From assembly GCF_004376175.1 (NCBI RefSeq), contig NZ_SNUY01000045.1, forward strand, positions 1 through 28,711: DNA of 28,711 nucleotides, in the 5' to 3' direction. The position numbers and the translations under genes are program-made. The DNA comes from Halalkalibacterium halodurans (lineage in GTDB: Bacteria > Bacillota > Bacilli > Bacillales > Bacillaceae_D). Of this stretch, positions 15,145-22,504 are shown one piece after another; the first letter of the stretch is position 1, and each line of letters starts with the position of its first letter. A model generated the notes under the pieces. The model had not been told where the DNA came from and did no database searches. It worked only from the letters and a program-made list of their open reading frames with translations.

Positions 15145-15157
15145 AGATAAACTCCCT

Positions 15158-16042
15158 TCATTTTATTACAAGAATACCCTTTCCAAATTCATCTTCTACT
15201 CCTTCAAGAAAATGAACATGTTGGTTTAGTATATGATCAATTGATTGATCTACTTCCCTAAGATCACTAATTAAAACAGCTATAGCTCCTGTTGCATAAG
15301 CAGTTGCAAAGGATGTCCCTTCATATATAGAGTACCCTCCCACTGGGTCCGTAGAGATAATTGAGACTCCTGGAGCAACATAATCAACCTTTCCTTTTGC
15401 TGTCGAACTGGGCCGATTCATGTCGGCATCTATTGCTGAAATTGAGAGAGTATGATGGAACCTAGCAGGATAATCCACACCTAAGCCATATGTATTTCCC
15501 GCGGCCGCTACGATAATAATTCCTTGCGATACGGCTTCTTCAATCACACGCTCAAGACTCCGATTTTTCGACTGAAAACCAAAACTAATATTGATAATGT
15601 CTACTTGCTCCGCCATACACCATTCGATAGCAGAGATCAAGTCTTCTACACTCCCTTTCCCTTCAGCATTTAAAACCTTCACATCATACAACTCCACATC
15701 TTGTGTCACGCCAATAATCCCCACGTCATTATCATTGGCCGTGATAATTCCGGCTACTGCTGTCCCATGTCCATAATCGTCTTCAACAGGCTGACCAGGA
15801 TTTATAGCGTTAAACTCTTTCACTACTTTCCCTTGTAAATCTTCGTGCTCTTTATAGATCCCACTGTCTAGGACAGCTACTTTCACGGGAGTTTTCGATA
15901 CACTTGTTTGATACCCTACAAGTTCAATCCCCCAAGGAATCACTTGCTCCTCGCCAACTTTATCCAGTTGTTCTTCAGGCGTTTGTAGGTTTTTACTATC
16001 CCCCTCACAACCTATCAAAACAACAGTCACTATAAATGTCAA
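15158..16042 (-). CDS. Subtilisin-like (S8) serine protease, probable lipoprotein; start codon uncertain
   Basis: The catalytic motifs are VLDSGI (Asp), HGTAVAGI (His), AAAGNT (Asn) and GTSFATAYATGA (Ser). A lipobox VLIGC lies near the N-terminus. The track start is TTG 16042. Confidence 0.85.
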   Translation of the reverse strand: MTFIVTVVLIGCEGDSKNLQTPEEQLDKVGEEQVIPWGIELVGYQTSVSKTPVKVAVLDSGIYKEHEDLQGKVVKEFNAINPGQPVEDDYGHGTAVAGIITANDNDVGIIGVTQDVELYDVKVLNAEGKGSVEDLISAIEWCMAEQVDIINISFGFQSKNRSLERVIEEAVSQGIIIVAAAGNTYGLGVDYPARFHHTLSISAIDADMNRPSSTAKGKVDYVAPGVSIISTDPVGGYSIYEGTSFATAYATGAIAVLISDLREVDQSIDHILNQHVHFLEGVEDEFGKGILVIK

Positions 16043-16110
16043 AATACCTATTAAAAATCCTTTTATTTTATATACACCCCCACCTTAATACTCATTTAAA
16101 GTACAAAAAA

Positions 16111-16139
16111 ATAATACACATTAACATTTAGCTAGTCAA
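16111..16139 (-). promoter_or_regulatory. Candidate sigmaA promoter of the S8 protease operon
   Basis: On the minus strand: TTGACT (16139->16134), a 17-nt spacer, then TATTAT (16116->16111). Confidence 0.5.
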
Positions 16140-16148
16140 CAATTTTTT

Positions 16149-16169
16149 CCACAATATTGATGATTGTGG
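16149..16169. promoter_or_regulatory. Perfect inverted repeat just upstream of that promoter (candidate operator or activator site)
   Basis: CCACAAT (16149-16155), 7 nt, then ATTGTGG (16163-16169). Confidence 0.3.
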
Positions 16170-16541
16170 GATGAAACCATATGATTGTTAAATTTAGAAT
16201 ACTTTATTAAGATTAAAAAATGATACAATATTCTCATGAGAGTAATAGTAGTCTAGAATGATTCTATAGTATTTACAGGTGATTTTAATAAAGTAACCAG
16301 TATAAGAAAAGATGACAAAGCTATAGTAATGTATGCGGGGAAAGAAGAGAGATAAAAGTTAAATTTTATAAACAAGTTGGAGTGGAGTTACTTTAAGATA
16401 GCCTTATTTTAGAAAGAACATATAAAACAATGATGATATTCTCGCCGATAAATCAGGAGGTATAGTGTTAATATTTATAAATATATTGTTTTTGTTATCA
16501 TACTTTGACTGGCTGTATACCTTCCAAGGTTTTTTAAACTA

Positions 16542-17186
16542 TTATGACGGCTTCTTCGGGAATACAGTATAAGACCAGGAATAAATCGTATCAACGACGA
16601 AAATAATGCCCCACAGCATGGCGATGCTATAGATCGTCTCATTTGGATAGGGGCTTTGTTCATACGTTCCATGTTCAATCCAGGACCAATCCTTTACGTA
16701 AGCTAGGCTTTCGGACAGACTGTCGGTTCCCATTGAGATAAAGATCATTTGTGCTGTCACGAAGAGGGCGATGTGGATATAGGACGATCTGCGATAGCTT
16801 CGTGCCACATACGCCGGGTCTTTTTGTAAGGATATCAGCTGTCGGTCTTTCTCTGTTAATAAATCGATGCCTTTCCATCCTCCGATTTTTTTCCGCATCC
16901 AGCGATCGAGTTTCTTGAAGTCGCCAATCCCAAAGGTGATCGCGTATAAGACGAAGACCGTAATAATGATTTGCAGGGTGGAAATCTCCCCCGTTTTGTT
17001 GTATAACCACCATGCTAATGCTGCTTCCAATGCGGTAATGCCGATAAATAATAGAATAAATAGTAAGCTTGCTTTCCGAATGTTGAAATAATATCGTGTC
17101 ACACCAAAGAGCAGCAGGCAAATCACCGTAAGAACTTCCATTGTAATAAAAATCTCCACCTGGTAATCAAGAAAAATAGTGCTCAT
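16542..17186 (-). CDS. Hypothetical integral membrane protein
   Basis: The track ORF runs to 17219. The ATG at 17186 (MSTIFLDYQ...) is preferred because GGAGGGG sits 5 nt upstream. There are several hydrophobic segments. Confidence 0.7.
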   Translation of the reverse strand: MSTIFLDYQVEIFITMEVLTVICLLLFGVTRYYFNIRKASLLFILLFIGITALEAALAWWLYNKTGEISTLQIIITVFVLYAITFGIGDFKKLDRWMRKKIGGWKGIDLLTEKDRQLISLQKDPAYVARSYRRSSYIHIALFVTAQMIFISMGTDSLSESLAYVKDWSWIEHGTYEQSPYPNETIYSIAMLWGIIFVVDTIYSWSYTVFPKKPS

Positions 17187-17636
17187 TTGTCCCCTCCAAT
17201 TAAACGGTTTTGGCTTCATTCAACGAGTACATCATGAAGGCCTTCCCATGTTTCCTTTCCATCTAGTTTAGTCCCTTCTTGTTGTGATCACTATTCATAT
17301 GTATCATGATTTTTATGTGACAGGTGTCATACGTGGAAAGAACTCTCAGACCATGATGTGGAGTAAGGGCTTGCCAAATGACAAGGTCGTGTTAATGAAG
17401 GGAAGGACACATCCGGTGATATTCATTGAACCTTTGTTTTTGTGGTTCTACAATAAATGTTGGGGTTTTCGCACAAAAGAGGGCAAAAAAATGCACGCAG
17501 GCTTCTTTATCCATTATTCTTGAAATGCTTAGGAACAAAGAAAGGACAGGAGCTGCGTGTACGATTTACCATGGAGTTGCCCAGATTAAAAGAGGTGAAG
17601 ATTGCCGATATTCGAAGATTCTCTCAAGGTCATGTC

Positions 17637-17645
17637 TGGTATAAT
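17637..17645 (+). promoter_or_regulatory. Candidate extended -10 promoter for the small toxin-like ORF
   Basis: TGgTATAAT at 17637-17645, about 70 nt upstream of the TTG at 17716. Confidence 0.4.
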
Positions 17646-17715
17646 AGAAGAGCAATAGAATAGGATTTCTCGAGGGTGGTCGGCACACTCCCAAGTTGAA
17701 AGGGGGTGGTGCTGT

Positions 17716-17799
17716 TTGACGGTATTTGAAGCGTTGATGTTTGCCGTAGCGTTTGCGACTTTAATCATCGCGGTGCTGTCGTTTCATGAAAAAAAATAA
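17716..17799 (+). CDS. 27-aa hydrophobic peptide MTVFEALMFAVAFATLIIAVLSFHEKK, resembling the 'putative holin-like toxin' (Hol_Tox) family
   Basis: The SD GGGGGTGG (17702-17709) lies 6 nt before TTG 17716, and TAA is at 17797-17799. The pattern x-F-E-A-L-x-hydrophobic TM-KK matches my memory of Hol_Tox peptides. The ORF is below the track size cutoff. Confidence 0.55.
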   Translation: MTVFEALMFAVAFATLIIAVLSFHEKK

Positions 17800-17830
17800 T
17801 CCACCCTTGAGTTAGCGGCTCAGGTGGATT
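17789..17830 (-). terminator. Intrinsic terminator oriented for a minus-strand transcript, overlapping the last codons of the small ORF
   Basis: AATCCACC (17798-17805) pairs with GGTGGATT (17823-17830), and TGAG pairs with CTCA. On the minus strand it is followed by ATTTTTTTT. On the plus strand no U-run follows. Confidence 0.55.
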
Positions 17831-17878
17831 CGTCTATCCTATGGCCGATCCCCTTGGAGGGAACCGTTTTATTGCATG

Positions 17879-17912
17879 ACCGTCGATGTTACCGCATCGG
17901 CGGTTCTTTGTT
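17879..17912 (+). terminator. Candidate intrinsic terminator for the small-ORF mRNA
   Basis: A 10-bp stem with one G.U pair, ACCGTCGATG (17879-17888) with CATCGGCGGT (17895-17904), followed by TCTTTGTT. Confidence 0.45.
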
Positions 17913-17933
17913 AATATGCTTCATTCTACTCAC

Positions 17934-17962
17934 ATTATACCGCAGAGCTTTTGTAAAAGCAA
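17934..17962 (-). promoter_or_regulatory. Candidate sigmaA promoter for the antisense sRNA
   Basis: On the minus strand: TTGCTT (17962->17957), a 17-nt spacer, then TATAAT (17939->17934). Confidence 0.5.
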
Positions 17963-18020
17963 AAGCGTCTTCGACAAACGAGTCAATCTCATCATCTCCA
18001 GGTCAAAAGGGTATGGAAAA

Positions 18021-18051
18021 GACACTCCGGTTTGCGCCGGGGTGTCTTTTT
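18021..18051. terminator. Bidirectional intrinsic terminator
   Basis: A 10-bp stem, GACACTCCGG (18021-18030) with CCGGGGTGTC (18037-18046). TTTTT follows on the plus strand and TTTTCC on the minus strand. It lies 53 nt downstream of the minus-strand XRE gene stop. Confidence 0.6.
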
Positions 18052-18103
18052 AAGTGACCGCGCAACCTTGGCATCCCTGACCCCAATCATCGCGCCGTCC
18101 TGT

Positions 18104-18487
18104 CTATTGACTTTTCTCTTCTTTTTCCCTCTTGAGTCTTCTGAACAGTTCGAGCTGTTCGTCTAGAAAGCGAAGTTCCTCATCGTCGAGGTCTTTGTAT
18201 TTGTAGGATAGCGGGTGTTCGTGCACTGAGCTGTTGGCGTACGGTTCTTTTGCATCGGTTTCTCCTGCTAGGAAGGCGATGGAGACGTTGTATTTCTGGG
18301 CGAGTTGTTTCAGTTTGCCGATGGACGGCTCGTTGCGGCCTTGTTCATAGAAGCCGTAGGCGCTTTCGGTGATGTTAAGAAATGAGGCAACTTCCTGTTG
18401 GGTGAGGTTGTGGGCATTTCGCAGTTCGCGTAAACGGTCTTTAAGTTCAGCCATAAGCATGTCCTTTCTTTCGTTATTATTTTCCAT
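18104..18487 (-). CDS. XRE-family helix-turn-helix transcriptional regulator
   Basis: The HTH is LTQQEVASFLNITESAYGFYEQGRNEPSIGKLKQLAQKYNVS. The true start is probably ATG 18460 or 18454, with AAAGGA upstream, rather than 18487. Confidence 0.8.
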   Translation of the reverse strand: MENNNERKDMLMAELKDRLRELRNAHNLTQQEVASFLNITESAYGFYEQGRNEPSIGKLKQLAQKYNVSIAFLAGETDAKEPYANSSVHEHPLSYKYKDLDDEELRFLDEQLELFRRLKREKEEKSQ

Positions 18488-18555
18488 TATACAACTAATG
18501 GTTGGGTGGACGGAAGGAAACTCGAAATAACACTTTGAAAAATTGGGAAAAACCG

Positions 18556-18584
18556 TTGACTCCCTATTATTTGTTGGGTAAACT
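18556..18584 (+). promoter_or_regulatory. Candidate sigmaA promoter of the second XRE gene
   Basis: TTGACT (18556-18561), a 17-nt spacer, then TAAACT (18579-18584). Confidence 0.5.
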
Positions 18585-18614
18585 ATGACTAGAAAATGTT
18601 GGGGAGTGATCGAT

Positions 18615-18893
18615 TTGCGTAGACGGGAAAAATTGATTTCTTTTCGGAAAGGGAAAAATTGGTCTCAGCAAGATGTGGTTGATTTGTTGAAACTCAGGTA
18701 CGACGTCTCCATAACGGAGAGCTATTACGGGATGATAGAACAAGGCGTGAGGATGCCGAGTTTAACGGTTGCGATCGCGGTCTCTCATTTGTTTCAAGTC
18801 GAGCCTTCCGTCCTATTTGGCGTTCCCCGTCGCAAAGCTCACGATCCAAATTTTTCAAAGATAAGAAATGGGTTCGATAAAAGGGATGAATAA
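18615..18893 (+). CDS. XRE-family HTH regulator (short)
   Basis: The track ORF starts at 18585, which would lie inside or too close to the promoter. An in-frame TTG at 18615 sits 8 nt after GGGGAG. The HTH is WSQQDVVDLLKLRYDVSITESYYGMIEQGVRMPSLTVAIAVSHLF. Confidence 0.65.
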   Translation: MRRREKLISFRKGKNWSQQDVVDLLKLRYDVSITESYYGMIEQGVRMPSLTVAIAVSHLFQVEPSVLFGVPRRKAHDPNFSKIRNGFDKRDE

Positions 18894-19023
18894 TCCTTTA
18901 TTTGTAAAAAAACAACCTGTTTCCGTCAAAAAAAGATGAAGGGGTGGAGTCGCTTTTCTACAAACAACGTTCATCTGAGCGGTATTGTCTGTATTTTCAA
19001 AATAGTACTTTCGGGAGGTAACG

Positions 19024-20574
19024 ATGAATAAGATATGGGTTTTTGTCGCTGTTGTTTTACTGCTCGTTGGCTGTGGCGGTAACCAGGAAGAAGTGGGTTC
19101 TTCGGAGAGCGAGACGGATTCGAATGATGAAGCGGATCGGACGTTAACAATCGCCATCGGAACAGACATCGTGTCGTTTGATATTCATGACCATAACAAT
19201 ACGTCCACAGAAGCGGTTCACGATAACATGTTCAATTACCTCTTTAAACGGGATGAGAACAATGTCATTCAACCAGAGCTTGTGGAGACGTTTGAATCAA
19301 TCGATGATCGGACGGTTGAGATGACCTTAAAAGAAGGCGTCACCTTCCATAACGGGGACCCGCTCACGTCAGAGGATGTGAAGTTTACCCTTGAGCGCGT
19401 CGCCACCGATGATACGTTACAAGAGTATCCGAACTACAAGCAGATCAAGGAAGTGGAGATTAAGGACGAGTTAACGTTTCGAGTCATTACCCATGAACCG
19501 GAACCATCCTTGTTTCACCGTTTGTCACGGCTTGGTTCAGGAATTTTACCGAAAACCTACATCGAGGAAGAGGGATGGGATCACTTTCTCGCCAATCCGG
19601 TCGGGACAGGCCCGTACCAATTTAAAGAGTGGGTCCGTGATTCGAAAATTGTGTTGACGCCTTATGAGAATTACTTTGAAGGAGCTGTGGACGAATGGGA
19701 TGAGGTCGTGTTTCGCGTCATTCCGGAAAACTCCACTCGGGTAGCGGAGCTGCTTACAGGAGGTGCCGACATTGCTGTCAACATTCCGTCCGCTGATTGG
19801 GAGCGGGTAGAGGAAAACGAAGGGACATCGATGAAAACCGAGACGTCCAACCGAACGATTATGCTCATTTTACGGGCAACGGAAGGCTATCCGACTGCTG
19901 ACGTCCGCGTGCGTCAAGCGCTTGATCTTGCGATTGATAACAAGGCGATCACAGAAAATGTGTTGCGCGGCGGCGGGATTCCGACGAAAACGCGCGTTGC
20001 GCCAGGCAATTTTGGCGCAGAAGAGTCGCTTTACAATACGTACGATTATGATGTGGAGAAAGCGAAACAATTGCTGAAGGAGGCTGGTTATCCTGACGGG
20101 TTTGAGATGACGCTCCATTCACCGCATGGACGTTATTTACAGGATGCTGAAGTTGCGGAGATGATCGCGGGGATGCTGCAGGCAATTAATGTAGAGGTTC
20201 GTCTAGAGTTTATGGAGTGGAGCAATTTTGTCGAGATGCGGCAGGCAGGAGAAAACAAAGACGCCTATTTGATTGGCCTCGGCAACTCTATGTTTGATGG
20301 TGCTTATTCCGTTGACTGGCACCGCTCCGATCGTTTTGTCGGTGAGACGGATTACAAAAACGAAGAGATTGACGCACTGTTAGAAGCATCCGCCGTGAAC
20401 ATGGATGAGGAGGAACGGGCGAAACAAATTCAGGAGATTCAACGGATTGCCGCGGAAGAGGTCCCTCATATTATGCTACACCAAGAAACGCTCCATTACG
20501 GGGTGAGTGATCGGATTGCATTTGTCCCGTCCATGGATGAAATGATTTATGTTCCAGCGATTACGAGAAAATGA
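19024..20574 (+). CDS. Peptide/nickel ABC transporter substrate-binding lipoprotein (family 5 SBP, DppA/OppA-like)
   Basis: 516-aa ORF with a lipobox LLVGC after the signal peptide. It is followed by two permease genes and two ATPase genes. Confidence 0.88.
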   Translation: MNKIWVFVAVVLLLVGCGGNQEEVGSSESETDSNDEADRTLTIAIGTDIVSFDIHDHNNTSTEAVHDNMFNYLFKRDENNVIQPELVETFESIDDRTVEMTLKEGVTFHNGDPLTSEDVKFTLERVATDDTLQEYPNYKQIKEVEIKDELTFRVITHEPEPSLFHRLSRLGSGILPKTYIEEEGWDHFLANPVGTGPYQFKEWVRDSKIVLTPYENYFEGAVDEWDEVVFRVIPENSTRVAELLTGGADIAVNIPSADWERVEENEGTSMKTETSNRTIMLILRATEGYPTADVRVRQALDLAIDNKAITENVLRGGGIPTKTRVAPGNFGAEESLYNTYDYDVEKAKQLLKEAGYPDGFEMTLHSPHGRYLQDAEVAEMIAGMLQAINVEVRLEFMEWSNFVEMRQAGENKDAYLIGLGNSMFDGAYSVDWHRSDRFVGETDYKNEEIDALLEASAVNMDEEERAKQIQEIQRIAAEEVPHIMLHQETLHYGVSDRIAFVPSMDEMIYVPAITRK

Positions 20575-20622
20575 TTGGAAAAGCCAGAGCTTACCTGGCT
20601 TGTGGAAAAAGGAGGGGGATTT

Positions 20623-21540
20623 GTGGCCGCGTTTGTGTTCAAACGATTGGCGGAAATGATTCCTGTGCTGTTTATCATTTCCTTTATTGTGTTTGCACTC
20701 GTCTTTGTAGCCGGTAATCCGGTGGCGCTTATGCTGCCGGAGGATGCTTCTCAGGAAGACATTGACCAGCTGACCGCCTCCCTCGGGTTGGACCAGCCGT
20801 TTTTAGTTCAATACGGTAAGTACTTGCTCAACTTAATTCAAGGGGATTTTGGCGAGTCGTTCCGTTATAACACAAGCGCTCTGCCGCTCGTACTCGAGAG
20901 GCTTCCAGCTACTCTTGAGCTGGCGGTCGCCGCGTTAGTGCTTGCGGTGGCGATGGCGATTCCCCTTGGTGTTTGGTCAGCGACGAAGCAACATTCGCCC
21001 GTTGACTTGCTTGCGGCTGGAGGGTCTGTCATTGGCAAGGCGATGCCGAACTTTTGGCTTGGAATTATGCTCATTTTGATTTTTTCTGTCATGCTTGGCT
21101 GGTTCCCAGTGTCAGGGCGGGGAACGCTCGGTCATTTAGTGCTTCCAGCGATGACGTTGGCGACAGGGATTGCGGCGGAGATCACACGATTGCTTCGGTC
21201 GAGCATGATCGAAATTTTAAATCAGGATTACATTCGAACGGCGAGAAGCAAAGGGATTCGCGAGGGAATGGTCGTGTACAAGCATGCGTTTCGCAATTCC
21301 CTCATTCCTCTCGTCACGATTGTCGCGTTGCAAACATCGACCGTGGTCGGTGGAACGTTGATTACGGAAACGGTGTTTTCGTGGCCAGGACTCGGACAGC
21401 TGCTCATTCAAGCCGTTCATATCCGAGACATGGCAATTGTGCAGGCGTGTGTGTTCGTCATTGCGATCTTAGTTATTTTCATGAACTTAGTAGCCGACGT
21501 TTTGTATCGGCTGCTCGATCCGCGGATCAAATACGAGTAG
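20623..21540 (+). CDS. ABC transporter permease (DppB/OppB-like)
   Basis: The track ORF starts at 20575. An in-frame GTG at 20623 follows AAAGGAGGGGGA and gives the usual N-terminus ...FVFKRLAEMIPVLF. It is a multi-TM protein. Confidence 0.88.
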   Translation: MAAFVFKRLAEMIPVLFIISFIVFALVFVAGNPVALMLPEDASQEDIDQLTASLGLDQPFLVQYGKYLLNLIQGDFGESFRYNTSALPLVLERLPATLELAVAALVLAVAMAIPLGVWSATKQHSPVDLLAAGGSVIGKAMPNFWLGIMLILIFSVMLGWFPVSGRGTLGHLVLPAMTLATGIAAEITRLLRSSMIEILNQDYIRTARSKGIREGMVVYKHAFRNSLIPLVTIVALQTSTVVGGTLITETVFSWPGLGQLLIQAVHIRDMAIVQACVFVIAILVIFMNLVADVLYRLLDPRIKYE

Positions 21541-21556
21541 AGGAGGTGCCGGATTA

Positions 21557-22504
21557 ATGGAAACAGAAACGACGGTCACACGCCTTATGCGGCAAAGCAG
21601 GACAATGGGCTCAAAGCGTCTACTTGCTTGGGGGCGGCGTCTGATACGGAGCAAGACGGGGACGGTGGGCTTGATCATTGTGTTGGTAGTCTTGCTTTTG
21701 GCCGCTTTTGCCGACGTTCTAGCACCTCACAACCCACATGAGGTAAATCCAGCCATGATGTTAAAGCCACCTGCCTGGTTGGACGGGGGCTCCAGCGAAC
21801 ACTTTCTTGGTACCGATCATTTGGGGCGCGACATCTGGAGTCGAATGGTGTATGGTTCGCGGATCTCGCTACTCGTCGGAGTGACAGCTGTCGTCCTCGC
21901 TGGGCTTATTGGCGTGACGGTTGGAATGGTCGCCGGATTTTATGGTGGCTGGTTGGATACCGCGTTCATGCGGTTAGTGGATTCGTTTTTGTCTATACCC
22001 AACATTTTGTTGGCTCTCGTCATTTTAAGTGTCTTCGGTCCAGGGGTTTGGACATTGATTTTCGTGCTTGGTGTTACAAACTGGGTGAACTATGCTCGGC
22101 TTGTCCGCGGAGAAGTGCTGTCGATTAAGGAAAGGGAGTTTGTGAAGGCAGCGCGGGCAATTGGCGTAAAAAATCGCATGGTGATGGTTCGCCATCTGTT
22201 GCCGAATGTCGTGTCTCCATTTATCGTCATTTCTACGTTAAGTGTGGCAACAACCATTATTTTAGAGGCGTCCCTCAGCTTTTTAGGGTTAGGGATACAG
22301 CCTCCCGATATTTCGTGGGGCGGTATTTTAAGTGATGGGCGCGACTATATTGCGACAAGCTGGTGGCTTGCAACCTTTCCGGGTCTTGCGATTACGTTGA
22401 CGGTGTTAGGCATCATTTTCCTAGGCGACTGGCTCCGAGATGTGCTTGACCCGCGCGGCCAAAGCCGGCGAGGTAATGTCAAAAGTTCTATGAAAACTCA
22501 CTAG
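21557..22504 (+). CDS. ABC transporter permease (DppC/OppC-like); the last 10 codons and the stop are supplied by the inserted IS
   Basis: 315-aa ORF. The IS left end starts at 22472, so GNVKSSMKTH* is IS-encoded. In the restored sequence the protein ends ...DPRGQSRR*. Confidence 0.88.
   Translation: METETTVTRLMRQSRTMGSKRLLAWGRRLIRSKTGTVGLIIVLVVLLLAAFADVLAPHNPHEVNPAMMLKPPAWLDGGSSEHFLGTDHLGRDIWSRMVYGSRISLLVGVTAVVLAGLIGVTVGMVAGFYGGWLDTAFMRLVDSFLSIPNILLALVILSVFGPGVWTLIFVLGVTNWVNYARLVRGEVLSIKEREFVKAARAIGVKNRMVMVRHLLPNVVSPFIVISTLSVATTIILEASLSFLGLGIQPPDISWGGILSDGRDYIATSWWLATFPGLAITLTVLGIIFLGDWLRDVLDPRGQSRRGNVKSSMKTH
22464..22471. repeat. Target-site duplication, left copy (GCCGGCGA)
   Basis: An identical 8-mer at 24305-24312 directly flanks the other IS end. 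Confidence 0.8.

Larger units (their letters stand above)
17789..17927 (-). ncRNA. Candidate convergent antisense sRNA (type I antitoxin-like), about 140 nt
   Basis: A promoter at 17962->17934 and a terminator at 17830->17789 bracket it. It would be fully complementary to the 3' UTR and last codons of the 17716-17799 ORF mRNA. The ends are predicted only. Confidence 0.4.

Noticed and set aside
16465-16572. 35-codon ORF with AGGAGG 4 nt before a GTG.
   Set aside because: The SD spacing is too short. The ORF overlaps the 3' end of the convergent membrane-protein gene by 31 nt, and the composition is simply AT-rich intergenic.
17284-18057. Track ORFs 17284..17523, 17426..17644, 17457..17663, 17586..17768 (minus) and 17824..18057.
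   Set aside because: They overlap one another, have no SD, and have odd composition. The region is better explained by promoters, terminators and the small toxin-like ORF with its antisense RNA.
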